Shown here: positions 10,448-19,201 of the stretch, one piece after another | Layout: the number at the start of each line of letters is the position of its first letter | How positions within the stretch are numbered: position 1 is the stretch's first letter | Source: an uncultured Candidatus Saccharibacteria bacterium | GTDB lineage: Bacteria; Patescibacteriota; Minisyncoccia; Minisyncoccales; UBA10102 | DNA length: 64,000 bases | Direction of reading: 5' to 3' | NCBI GenBank assembly: GCA_964479725.1 | Contig: CAYZNF010000002.1 | Location: 1,383-65,382, forward strand | The notes under the pieces: model-generated | The model's input: only the letters and a program-made list of their open reading frames with translations | Database searches by the model: none | What the model was told of the DNA's origin: nothing | Translations under genes and position numbers: made by a program

Positions 10448-11002
10448 ATGGAGAAGCTTCAAGACAAATACAAAAAAGAGGTCACGAAGGGTTTGATGGA
10501 AAAATTCAGTTATCCTGGGACAATGGCTGTGCCTCGTATGACAAAAGTGGTGCTCAATACCGGCATTGGCCGTCTTGTTGCCGGAAAAACCGGGGATGAC
10601 CAGAAGAAAGCAATCGAGGGAGTTCTCGAAGATATGACTGTGATTGCGGGGCAGAGAGCCGCTTTGGCTGCCGCGAAAAAGTCAATTGCTGGTTTTAAGC
10701 TTCGGCAGGGCATGCCCGTCGGGGTAAGAGTAACGCTTCGCGGCAAGAGGATGTACGGTTTTCTTGATAATTTGATACATGTCGTACTTCCTCGCTCCCG
10801 TGATTTCCGCGGATTGGAAGCTTCTTCCGTTGACAAACAAGGCAATCTTACTATAGGAATAAAGGAGCACGTTTTTTTTCCTGAAATTTCCCCCGATAAA
10901 GTCAGGAACCCGATAGGACTGCAAATCACCGTTTCAACAACTGCTAAAACTTACCAAGAAGGCTTGGAGCTGTTCCGCCGCCTCGGTTTCCCTATTAAAT
11001 AA
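10448..11002 (+). CDS. rplE: 50S ribosomal protein L5
   Basis: 184 aa; RGKRMYGFLDNLIHVVLPRSRDFRG signature. Confidence 0.95.
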   Translation: MEKLQDKYKKEVTKGLMEKFSYPGTMAVPRMTKVVLNTGIGRLVAGKTGDDQKKAIEGVLEDMTVIAGQRAALAAAKKSIAGFKLRQGMPVGVRVTLRGKRMYGFLDNLIHVVLPRSRDFRGLEASSVDKQGNLTIGIKEHVFFPEISPDKVRNPIGLQITVSTTAKTYQEGLELFRRLGFPIK

Positions 11003-11028
11003 TGTCAAAGTAGTTTATACTGTATTTT

Positions 11029-11214
11029 ATGGCTACGAAAGCGTTGATCGAAAAATCCAAGCGAAGACCAAAATTCAGCACTAGGAAGGTAAGGCGATGT
11101 TTTCGGTGTGGCAGGAAACGCGCCTTTATGCGGGATTTCGGACTTTGCAGGATTTGTTTTCGAGAAATGGCTAATAAAGGATTAATTCCCGGTATTAAAA
11201 AATCAAGCTGGTAA
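11029..11214 (+). CDS. rpsN: 30S ribosomal protein S14, zinc-binding type Z
   Basis: 61 aa with CFRCGR...CRICFRE, the Cys4 zinc-ribbon form of S14. Confidence 0.93.
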   Translation: MATKALIEKSKRRPKFSTRKVRRCFRCGRKRAFMRDFGLCRICFREMANKGLIPGIKKSSW

Positions 11215-11216
11215 AT

Positions 11217-11609
11217 ATGGTAGATCCAATCGCAGACATGTTAAATAGGATTCAGAATGCCCAAGCTGTCCAAAAAGAGACGGTAGAGGTGCCTTTTTCG
11301 CAGCTAAAATACGGTATTGCCAAAATTCTCGAACATACGGGTTTTGTCAAGAAAGTTGATTTTAAGGGAAGAAAGGTAAAGAAGCTTATCGAAATCCACT
11401 TGAAGTACGATAAAGCGGGAGTCCCCAACATTACGGGAGTCAAAAAAGTGTCTCGTCCTGGCCAGCGCATATATGCGGCAGCCGCGGAATTGCGCGGGGT
11501 GAGGAGCGGGCACGGAGTGGTTGTTGTTTCAACCCCCAAAGGGCTCATGACATACAGAGAAGCAAAAAAGCAAAACGTTGGCGGAGAAGTTTTATGTGAA
11601 GTCTGGTAA
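11217..11609 (+). CDS. rpsH: 30S ribosomal protein S8
   Basis: 130 aa; DPIADMLNRIQNA...GGEVLCEVW signature. Confidence 0.95.
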   Translation: MVDPIADMLNRIQNAQAVQKETVEVPFSQLKYGIAKILEHTGFVKKVDFKGRKVKKLIEIHLKYDKAGVPNITGVKKVSRPGQRIYAAAAELRGVRSGHGVVVVSTPKGLMTYREAKKQNVGGEVLCEVW

Positions 11610-11617
11610 AGAAACAT

Positions 11618-12184
11618 ATGAGCAGAATAGGAAAAAAACCAATTGAAATACCGGCCGGAGTCCAGGCGCAAATACAAGGTCAAAAGATTTCTGTACAGGG
11701 CCCAAAAGGGACTTTGAATCTTGAGGCGCATACCAACCTTAAGCTTAAGCTTGAAGATAGCCTAATTTCCGTGATTCCTGCGCGTATGGATTCTCAAGGC
11801 AGGATTGAGAAAGATACCCGCGCTTTGTGGGGCTTAACCCGTGCTTTGATTGCGAATATGGTCAAGGGAGTGGTTTCTGGATATGAGAAAAAGCTTGAAA
11901 TCGAGGGCGTCGGTTATAAGGCTGCGCTGGAAGGCGCTACTCTTGTTCTGAATGTTGGATTTACCCATTCTATAAAAATTGTGCCTCCGCAGGGAATAGT
12001 GTTCAGCGTGGATAAAAATGTTATTGCCGTGAATGGGATAGACAAAGGATTGGTAGGAGAAATGGCCGCTCAAGTGCGAGCCGCCCGCCCAGTTGAGCCC
12101 TATAAAGGAAAGGGAATAAAGTATGTTGGAGAATTTGTACGTCGAAAAGCTGGGAAAAAGACAACAACCTCTGCGGGAGCATAG
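11618..12184 (+). CDS. rplF: 50S ribosomal protein L6
   Basis: 188 aa; SRIGKKPIEIPAGV...GVGYKA motif. Confidence 0.95.
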   Translation: MSRIGKKPIEIPAGVQAQIQGQKISVQGPKGTLNLEAHTNLKLKLEDSLISVIPARMDSQGRIEKDTRALWGLTRALIANMVKGVVSGYEKKLEIEGVGYKAALEGATLVLNVGFTHSIKIVPPQGIVFSVDKNVIAVNGIDKGLVGEMAAQVRAARPVEPYKGKGIKYVGEFVRRKAGKKTTTSAGA

Positions 12185-12190
12185 TCCATT

Positions 12191-12544
12191 ATGAAAAAAA
12201 TAACCCGACAACAGCATAGACAAATTCGCCACAGAAGAGTGCGAGCAAAAATACTGCAGAATGCGGGTATTCCCCGTTTGACTGTGTTTCGATCGAACAA
12301 GCATTTTTATGCCCAGCTTGTTGATGATGAACACGGAGCTGTAATCGGGGCTGTATCCGACAAGGAAATTAAAAAACAAAAAGGGGATCGGGTTTCTGTG
12401 GCAAAGGAAATCGGCAAGATGATTGCGGCGAAAGCCAAGGAAAAGAAAATTGAAAAAATAGTGTTTGATCGCGGCGGATATAAATACCATGGCAACGTGA
12501 AAGCTTTAGCCGAAGGCGCGAGAGAAGGCGGATTAGTTTTCTAA
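12191..12544 (+). CDS. rplR: 50S ribosomal protein L18
   Basis: 117 aa; RLTVFRSNKHFYAQLVDD...FDRGGYKYHG signature. Confidence 0.94.
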   Translation: MKKITRQQHRQIRHRRVRAKILQNAGIPRLTVFRSNKHFYAQLVDDEHGAVIGAVSDKEIKKQKGDRVSVAKEIGKMIAAKAKEKKIEKIVFDRGGYKYHGNVKALAEGAREGGLVF

Positions 12545-12556
12545 CGACAAGTTACT

Positions 12557-13138
12557 ATGCCAATCAATACAGACACACCCAATACTAAAAAGACACGCGG
12601 CTTTGGCCGGGGACCGCGTCACGATCGTCCGCCAAGGCCCAAGGACGAATTCGACCCGAAGCTTTTGGATTTGGCGCGCGTTGCCCGCGTTGCCGCCGGA
12701 GGACGCAGGTTTAGCTTTAGGGCAGTTGTTGTCGCAGGAGACAAAAAGGGCAGGGTTGGAATTGGGGTTGCAAAGGGAGTTGATGTTGCCCAAGCCATGC
12801 AAAAAGCGACAACCCAGGCAAAAAAACACATGATTACCGTATCAGTCGAAGGCAATACGATTCCTTATGCCGTAGAAGCGAAGTTTGGCTCTTCCCGTGT
12901 TTTGTTGCGGCCCCAGCGCGCCGGAAGAGGTTTGGTAGCCGGAGGACCTGTTCGCATTATCTGCGAAAAGGCAGGCATCCAGGACATCTCCGCTAAATTT
13001 CTTTCAAAGACGCACAACAAACTAAACAATGCATTGGTAACGATAGAAGCTTTAAAAAAGCTGCGGGTTAAACCCAAGCCCGTGAAGCCAGCGGAGGAGC
13101 CTGCTAAAGAAGTACCGATGCAGCCAGCAGCAATCTAA
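12557..13138 (+). CDS. rpsE: 30S ribosomal protein S5 (N- and C-terminal extensions)
   Basis: 193 aa; VARVAAGGRRFSFRAVVVAGDKKGRVGIGVAKG and LVAGGPVRIICEKAGI cores of S5. Confidence 0.93.
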   Translation: MPINTDTPNTKKTRGFGRGPRHDRPPRPKDEFDPKLLDLARVARVAAGGRRFSFRAVVVAGDKKGRVGIGVAKGVDVAQAMQKATTQAKKHMITVSVEGNTIPYAVEAKFGSSRVLLRPQRAGRGLVAGGPVRIICEKAGIQDISAKFLSKTHNKLNNALVTIEALKKLRVKPKPVKPAEEPAKEVPMQPAAI

Positions 13139-13142
13139 TAAT

Positions 13143-13577
13143 ATGCAGTTGCACGAACTCAAACCACAATATCCCGCCAAGAAGCGAAAGCGAGTTGGCA
13201 GGGGCGGAAAACGAGGTACCTATTCCGGCAAAGGAATGAAAGGGCAAAACTCGAGAACCGGCACCCAATTTAAACCCATTATCAGGGAGCTTATTAAGCG
13301 GTACCCAAAAATGCGCGGGTACAGGTTCAAGTCTATACGGCCTTTAGTACAGCCGGTAAACGTAAGTGATTTGAATTCCGCGTTTAAGGCTGATGAAAAA
13401 GTTACCCCAGCTGCTTTGGCGGAAAAGGGGATAATTCGAATATTGAAGAGTAAAGCCATAGCAGTAAAAGTCCTTGGGGGCGGAGCGCTCGATAAATCTC
13501 TGACAATAGAAGGATGCGCAGTTTCAAAGAGCGCGAAAGAAAAAATCGAAAAAGCGGGAGGGAAAGTTATGATATAA
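13143..13577 (+). CDS. rplO: 50S ribosomal protein L15 (follows rpsE directly; no rpmD/L30 gene between them)
   Basis: 144 aa; LHELKPQYPAKKRKRVGRGGKRGTYSGKG signature; 4-nt gap after rpsE leaves no room for L30. Confidence 0.94.
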   Translation: MQLHELKPQYPAKKRKRVGRGGKRGTYSGKGMKGQNSRTGTQFKPIIRELIKRYPKMRGYRFKSIRPLVQPVNVSDLNSAFKADEKVTPAALAEKGIIRILKSKAIAVKVLGGGALDKSLTIEGCAVSKSAKEKIEKAGGKVMI

Positions 13578-13584
13578 TTTTAAG

Positions 13585-14874
13585 ATGGATTGGTTTTCTA
13601 AAATAGTTCAGCTTTTTAAAATTAAAGATCTTCGGACCAAAATACTTTTTGTCTTGGGGATTTTTGTTGTATTCCGGCTTATGGCCAATATCCCGATTCC
13701 CAGCATTGACGCTGAAGGATTGCGGAGGCTCGTTTCCGAAAACCAGGCGTTGGGCTTGCTAAACCTGTTTACGGGAGGCGCCATGGATAATGTTTCCATT
13801 GTCATGCTTGGATTGGGTCCATACATTACGGCCACAATTATCCTCCAGCTTTTGACAATGATTTTTCCTGCTTTGGAACGCTTGTACAAGGAGGAGGGTG
13901 AAGCCGGACGAAGAAAGTTTAACCAGTACGGCAGAATGTTAACCATACCCTTCGCGTTTGTGCAGGGGTATGGGTTTATGGCGCTTTTAAAAAGCCAAAA
14001 CGCCTTGGCCCCCAATATTACATCTTTTGATTATCTGTTGACCCTTATTACTATTACAGGGGCTACCATGTTTCTGGTATGGCTGGGAGAATTGATCACC
14101 GAAAGGGGAATTGGAAACGGAGTTTCTTTGCTGATTTTTGCTGGCATTGTGGCAGATCTTCCCCGTAGCATCGGGCAAATGATAACGAGTACGGAAGCCA
14201 ACCCCACCCTTGTCATGAACCTTGTTATTTTCCTGGCAATGGCGCTCGTCATTATTATGGGAGTCGTATTCGTAACCCAGGCAAGGAGAAATATTCCCGT
14301 TTCATACGCAAAACGCGTCCGCGGGAACAAAATGTTTGGCGGCGTCTCCACGTATTTGCCTTTGAATATCAATCCGGCCGGAGTAATACCCATTATCTTT
14401 GCTCTGTCTTTGCTTGTGTTTCCCACTATGATTGCCGGATTTTTCCAGACGGCTCCCGGAGTAATGGGAGACATTGCTAAATCTGTGCAAACGTTTTTCA
14501 CAAACCAGTGGATCTATGGCGTCTTGTATTTTCTTCTTGTGGGCCTGTTTACATTTTTTTACACTGCGGTTACTTTTGACCCAAAATCCATTTCTTCAAA
14601 CTTGCAAAAAATGGGGGGGTTTATCCCCGGCGTGCGTCCCGGCGAATCTACCGCCCATTACATTATGTACACCTTAAACCGCATCCTGTTTGTGGGAGCT
14701 CTATTTTTAGGGACTATCGCGGTCATGCCTTCCATTATCCAGGGTTTTACCAGAATCTCGCAATTTTCCTTTTTGATTGGCGGCACAGCCCTTCTCATAG
14801 TGGTAAGCGTTGTGCTTGAAACCATACGCCAAATCCGTGCTCAAATGAAAATGCGCGACTATGAATCTTTCTAA
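13585..14874 (+). CDS. secY: Preprotein translocase SecY
   Basis: 429 aa, 10 TM segments, GIGNGVSLLIFAGI and GIMPIIFA-like motifs; spc operon position. Confidence 0.96.
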   Translation: MDWFSKIVQLFKIKDLRTKILFVLGIFVVFRLMANIPIPSIDAEGLRRLVSENQALGLLNLFTGGAMDNVSIVMLGLGPYITATIILQLLTMIFPALERLYKEEGEAGRRKFNQYGRMLTIPFAFVQGYGFMALLKSQNALAPNITSFDYLLTLITITGATMFLVWLGELITERGIGNGVSLLIFAGIVADLPRSIGQMITSTEANPTLVMNLVIFLAMALVIIMGVVFVTQARRNIPVSYAKRVRGNKMFGGVSTYLPLNINPAGVIPIIFALSLLVFPTMIAGFFQTAPGVMGDIAKSVQTFFTNQWIYGVLYFLLVGLFTFFYTAVTFDPKSISSNLQKMGGFIPGVRPGESTAHYIMYTLNRILFVGALFLGTIAVMPSIIQGFTRISQFSFLIGGTALLIVVSVVLETIRQIRAQMKMRDYESF

Positions 14875-15580
14875 AGGGGAAACAAAACCTTATCTTGCGA
14901 TTTTTCTTGGGGCGCCCGGAGCCGGCAAAGGAACGCAATCTACCCTGGTTTCAGAACATTTCCGTCTGCAGAGGATTGAAACAAGCAAACTTTTGGAAGC
15001 ACGCTTTAAAAGCGCAAAAGAGGACGATGAAATAGAAGTTTCGGGAAAGCGCTATGTGATTGCCGAGCAAGAGCACAGGTGGCGGACCGGACTGCTTTGT
15101 GAAGATGGGTTTGTAGCTTTTATTGTAGGAGAAAAGTTGCAAGAATTATACGCGGGCGGCAAGAGCGTTGTGCTCGACGGCTTTCCCCGCACAATAGGAC
15201 AGCTAGAGCCTTTGCTCCCGTTTATTCTCGACTCTTTTGGAAAAGATCATATTGCTGTGATTTATATTGATATACAGGAGGAGGAAGCGGTGTTTCGCAA
15301 TTCAAATAGGAGGATTTGCGATTTAATGCGTCATCCCATCCTTTTCACGCCTGAAACCGAAAACTTAACGATGTGCCCTTTGGACGGATCAAAGCTTGTC
15401 AAACGCGCTTTGGACGATCCCAAGGTAATCAAGGTGCGTTTTGAAGAATTCCGCACCCAAACACTGCCCTTGCTCAACTATTTTGCAGATCAGGAAATTC
15501 CGCTCCATACTGTGAAAGCGGAGCAATCCGTGGTCAATGTTTTTTCGCACGTTTCTGAAATTTTAGGCAAACTATCATAA
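14861..15580 (+). CDS. adk: Adenylate kinase, long form with LID segment
   Basis: 239 aa; P-loop GAPGAGKGTQ, LDGFPRT, LID-like region with two Cys; overlaps secY stop by 14 nt. Confidence 0.8.
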   Translation: MNLSKGETKPYLAIFLGAPGAGKGTQSTLVSEHFRLQRIETSKLLEARFKSAKEDDEIEVSGKRYVIAEQEHRWRTGLLCEDGFVAFIVGEKLQELYAGGKSVVLDGFPRTIGQLEPLLPFILDSFGKDHIAVIYIDIQEEEAVFRNSNRRICDLMRHPILFTPETENLTMCPLDGSKLVKRALDDPKVIKVRFEEFRTQTLPLLNYFADQEIPLHTVKAEQSVVNVFSHVSEILGKLS

Positions 15581-15586
15581 ATTATT

Positions 15587-16171
15587 ATGCGCATTCTCTC
15601 TATCCTGGGACGTCCCGGAGCGGGGAAAGGAACTCAAATAAAACTTCTTTTAGAACAGACGGGTTTTGAAGCGATAAAAACCGGTGATCTTTTGAGAGAC
15701 CGCAGCAAAAAAGGAGATGCGGTAGGCGACAAGCTCCGCGATATTTTGGATAACGGGCTTTTGGTGCCCACCCCAATAGTATTTTCATTGTGGATGCCAA
15801 AGCTTGAGCAGATTTATAACGAAGGCAAAGTAAAAGGAATTATTTTCGATGGCAATCCCAGGAAGCTATACGAAGCAATGATGCTTGAAGAGCTCTGTTT
15901 GATGTTTGGCTGGGCTAAAAATTTCCGCGCCTGCTACATTAATGTTCACGAAGAAGAAGCCGAAAAGCGTTTGCTCGAACGGGGCCGGTTCGACGATAAT
16001 AACAAAGAGATACAAGAGCGATTCTCCTGGTTTAATAACGAGGTAATGGAGGTTGTGGAGCGCTACCGAAAAATGGGAGTGCTTGTTGAGGTAAACGGCA
16101 CCCAGCCGGTTGAGGCGGTGCATCGGGATATATTTGGCAATTTAGGTTCTTTTTTAGATGATCTCAATTAA
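15587..16171 (+). CDS. Adenylate kinase paralog, short form without LID
   Basis: 194 aa; GRPGAGKGTQ P-loop, GDLLRD NMP-binding motif, FDGNPRK in place of GFPRT, short RFDD LID replacement. Confidence 0.75.
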   Translation: MRILSILGRPGAGKGTQIKLLLEQTGFEAIKTGDLLRDRSKKGDAVGDKLRDILDNGLLVPTPIVFSLWMPKLEQIYNEGKVKGIIFDGNPRKLYEAMMLEELCLMFGWAKNFRACYINVHEEEAEKRLLERGRFDDNNKEIQERFSWFNNEVMEVVERYRKMGVLVEVNGTQPVEAVHRDIFGNLGSFLDDLN

Positions 16172-16901
16172 ATCAAAAGAAGATATTGCAAAGATGCGGG
16201 AGGGCGGAAAAATCCTTGCTCGTATCCTTGACCAGATTCTTTTGAAAATTAAAGCTGGCGCTGCTGCGGAAGAATTAGACAAGGCCGCAAAAGCTCTCAT
16301 TTTGCAATCTGGGGCAAAAGTTGCTTTCGAGGGTTACCAAGGCTTTCCCGCGGCTTTGTGTGTTTCCATAAACGAAGAGGTCGTGCATGGGGTTCCTTCC
16401 TCGCGCATCCTAAAGGAGGGGGATATTGTTACCATTGATATTGGCTTGGTTTGGAAAGGATTTTATGTTGACATGGCGCGCACGGTTCCTGTGGGACAGG
16501 CGAGCCCCGAAGCCCTGCGGCTCATACGAGTTGCAAAAAAAGCATTGCGACTGGGGATTAAAAAAGTGCATCCCGGTGCTACGGTGGGGGATATTGGCAA
16601 CACCATACAGAGGTTTGTCGAAAGCCAAAAATTCCAAATTGTGCGCGATCTTTGCGGGCATGGCATTGGCAAAGACTTGCACGAGGATCCTTTGATATTG
16701 AACTATGGCGAGCGCCATACGGGAACAGAACTCAAAGAAGGCATGGCTATTTGCATTGAACCCATGATTACAATGGGGGACTGGCATGTAAAGCAAGCCA
16801 TTGACGGTTTTGTGTTTACTACCGTGGACAATTCTCTTGCGGCCCATTTTGAGGACACCATTGCCGTTACAGAGAATGGATGCGAGGTCCTAACTTCATG
16901 A
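16158..16901 (+). CDS. map: Methionine aminopeptidase type I
   Basis: 247 aa; MISIKSKEDIAKMREGG start and metal ligands D..D..H..E..E pattern (DIGLVWKGFYVDMAR, GHGIG, ICIEPM). Confidence 0.95.
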   Translation: MISIKSKEDIAKMREGGKILARILDQILLKIKAGAAAEELDKAAKALILQSGAKVAFEGYQGFPAALCVSINEEVVHGVPSSRILKEGDIVTIDIGLVWKGFYVDMARTVPVGQASPEALRLIRVAKKALRLGIKKVHPGATVGDIGNTIQRFVESQKFQIVRDLCGHGIGKDLHEDPLILNYGERHTGTELKEGMAICIEPMITMGDWHVKQAIDGFVFTTVDNSLAAHFEDTIAVTENGCEVLTS

Positions 16902-17812
16902 AAATACTCAAAGATCGTCAAATCTGCGATTTTTTGGTAGGGTATAAGAATATGACGTCTTCAGTATTGACACAAGAGAATACACAGAAGGTTTTAGCAC
17001 AAATGAGTGCCAAGCCATACTTTAGCGAGGATAATTTTGTTTTATATCATGGAGACAGCTTAAAATTGCTTCAGGATATTCCAGAAAATTCCATTGATAT
17101 GATTTTTGCAGATCCTCCATATTTTCTATCCAACGGAGGATTCACTGTTCATGCTGGAAAACGCGTGAGTGTTGATAAAGGAGAATGGGATGTAAGCAAG
17201 GGGGTAGCGAAAGATCTCGAGTTTCATATCGAGTGGATTAAGGCATGTCGCCGAGTATTAAAACCAAATGGAACTATTTGGATAAGCGGTACCTACCACT
17301 CAATCTATCTCTGTGGAGCCGCTCTTTTGATGTCTGACTATCATATTTTGAATGACATTGCTTGGTTTAAACCCAATGCTTCCCCTAACTTAAGTGGACG
17401 GTATTTTACTGCCAGCCACGAAACTTTAATTTGGGCTAGAAAAGAAAAGAAGGCAAAGCACAAATTTAACTATAAGTTAATGAAAGAGGGAAGATGGCCG
17501 GAAGATTTTCTCAAAAAATCAGATAAACAAATGCGGTCAGTATGGGCAATGAATACTCCTCAAGCATGGGAAAAAACTTTTGGTAAACACCCAACACAAA
17601 AACCATTCGACTTATTAAAACGTATTGTGCTAGCTAGTACCTACGAAAATGATATAGTCTTGGATCCTTTCGCGGGTAGTTCAACGACCGGACTTGCGGC
17701 CTACACAAATAAAAGAAAGTTTATCGGGATAGATTTAGAGGAAAAGTATTTAGATTTGTCGATTAAGAGATTTAAAGAAATGAAAAGTAAGACTAGAAGC
17801 AAACTACTTTAA
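16898..17812 (+). CDS. DNA methyltransferase, beta-class N6-adenine type (motif IV DPPY before motif I), Type II R-M
   Basis: FADPPYF then DPFAGSSTTG in circularly permuted order; ATG overlaps the map stop as ATGA; AT-rich (about 33-36% GC) versus neighbours. Confidence 0.8.
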   Translation: MKILKDRQICDFLVGYKNMTSSVLTQENTQKVLAQMSAKPYFSEDNFVLYHGDSLKLLQDIPENSIDMIFADPPYFLSNGGFTVHAGKRVSVDKGEWDVSKGVAKDLEFHIEWIKACRRVLKPNGTIWISGTYHSIYLCGAALLMSDYHILNDIAWFKPNASPNLSGRYFTASHETLIWARKEKKAKHKFNYKLMKEGRWPEDFLKKSDKQMRSVWAMNTPQAWEKTFGKHPTQKPFDLLKRIVLASTYENDIVLDPFAGSSTTGLAAYTNKRKFIGIDLEEKYLDLSIKRFKEMKSKTRSKLL

Positions 17813-17816
17813 GATT

Positions 17817-18341
17817 ATGAAAAGAGGAGGTATAGGAGGCGCAAATACAAGGACGGGGCTACATTTTGAAGGAAGGGTTGATTTATTAACTCTCATCGAT
17901 CGACTAAAAAATTATAGCGTGAAAGGAAACGTAATTTTTTATAATGGCGAAAAAATAGCTCTTTCCTTTAAAAAGCATGGGCTTTATACATATCTTGAAG
18001 AAAATGGGATCGATTACAAAAAACTTATTTCAAGGAAGCTTCTTCCCGATGATGCTATTTTTGTAATCACAAACAATACTTTCTATATCCTAGAAATGAA
18101 ATTTCAGGAGGTGGAAGGGTCAACGGATGAAAAACTGCAAACTTGCGACTTCAAAATAAAACAATATCGAAAGTTATTATCGCAATTAAACGTAGAAGTT
18201 GAATATATCTATATTTTGAGCAACTGGTTCAAAAAACCGATATATAAAGATGTACTCGATTATGTAATTACCGTACCTGGATGTTCGTATTATTTTGAGT
18301 ATCTCCCGCTTCAAAAAATCGGTCTTCACGTGCCGGAATAA
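17817..18341 (+). CDS. Putative Type II restriction endonuclease (PD-(D/E)xK)
   Basis: 174 aa; LPDDAIFVI ... ILEMKFQ gives PD ... ExK at canonical spacing; 4 nt downstream of the MTase, same AT-rich composition. Confidence 0.6.
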   Translation: MKRGGIGGANTRTGLHFEGRVDLLTLIDRLKNYSVKGNVIFYNGEKIALSFKKHGLYTYLEENGIDYKKLISRKLLPDDAIFVITNNTFYILEMKFQEVEGSTDEKLQTCDFKIKQYRKLLSQLNVEVEYIYILSNWFKKPIYKDVLDYVITVPGCSYYFEYLPLQKIGLHVPE

Positions 18342-18442
18342 AAAAATCCTAAATTTTTACAATTGAAAAAATTATCGTCTGCAAACGTCGCCTGTCGGAG
18401 CGAAAGTCCTTTCCTTTTTGTTTTTGGGGAAATATAGTATAA

Positions 18443-19201
18443 TTGCAAAATATGCACTTATCCGTAATTATCCCCTCGTACAACGAGGAAAAACGTTTGC
18501 CAAAAACTCTAAAGGCGGTTGATGAGTACTTGAAAAAACAGGATTACGATTATGAAATTCTTGTCGTAAATGACGGCTCAAAAGACAAGACTGCCGATGT
18601 TGTTCATGAATTCGGTGCTTCAATAAAGAATTTGCGTTTCGTGGACAACAAAAAAAACCATGGCAAAGGATATGTCGTGCGGCAGGGGATGCTCGAGGCA
18701 AAAGGGAAGTATCGTGTGTTTATGGATGCCGACAATTCAACTTCGGTTGATCACGTGGGTTTAATGTGGCCGCTGTTTGGTCAGGGCAAGGATATTGTTA
18801 TCGGGTCCCGCGATCTCAAAGAATCTGTTATACCTGTGCGCCAGCCGTGGTGGCGGGAAAGGCTTGGGGATATTTTCAATCTTATTGTCCAATTTACTTC
18901 CGGGCTTTGGGGTATGTGGGATACGCAGTGCGGATTTAAGGGGTTTACCGAAAAATCAGCCGTTGATGTGTTTTCCGGGGCAGTCGTTGACAGATGGGCT
19001 TTTGACGTTGAACTTTTGGTTATAGCTAAAAAAAGGGGGTATTCGATTGCGGAAATTCCTGTTACCTGGATAAACGATGCAAGCAGTAAGGTAACACTGA
19101 AAGGAATGATCCGTATGCTGTTTGAAGTCTTGCAAATCAGGTTAAACTCCATGAGAGGTATGTATGGCAAAAAACGAGAAGAGCAAAAAACCCCTGCCTA
19201 A
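18443..19201 (+). CDS. Family 2 glycosyltransferase (dolichyl-phosphate sugar transferase-like)
   Basis: SVIIPSYNEEKRLPKTL...LVVNDGSKDKT and DADNS (DxD) motifs. Confidence 0.85.
   Translation: MQNMHLSVIIPSYNEEKRLPKTLKAVDEYLKKQDYDYEILVVNDGSKDKTADVVHEFGASIKNLRFVDNKKNHGKGYVVRQGMLEAKGKYRVFMDADNSTSVDHVGLMWPLFGQGKDIVIGSRDLKESVIPVRQPWWRERLGDIFNLIVQFTSGLWGMWDTQCGFKGFTEKSAVDVFSGAVVDRWAFDVELLVIAKKRGYSIAEIPVTWINDASSKVTLKGMIRMLFEVLQIRLNSMRGMYGKKREEQKTPA

Noticed and set aside
16880-16897. Methyltransferase start at the track ATG 16880 (MRGPNFMKIL...)
   Set aside because: That would overlap map by 22 nt; the ATG at 16898 overlaps the map stop as ATGA (a common coupling arrangement). Either start is possible; 16898 is preferred.
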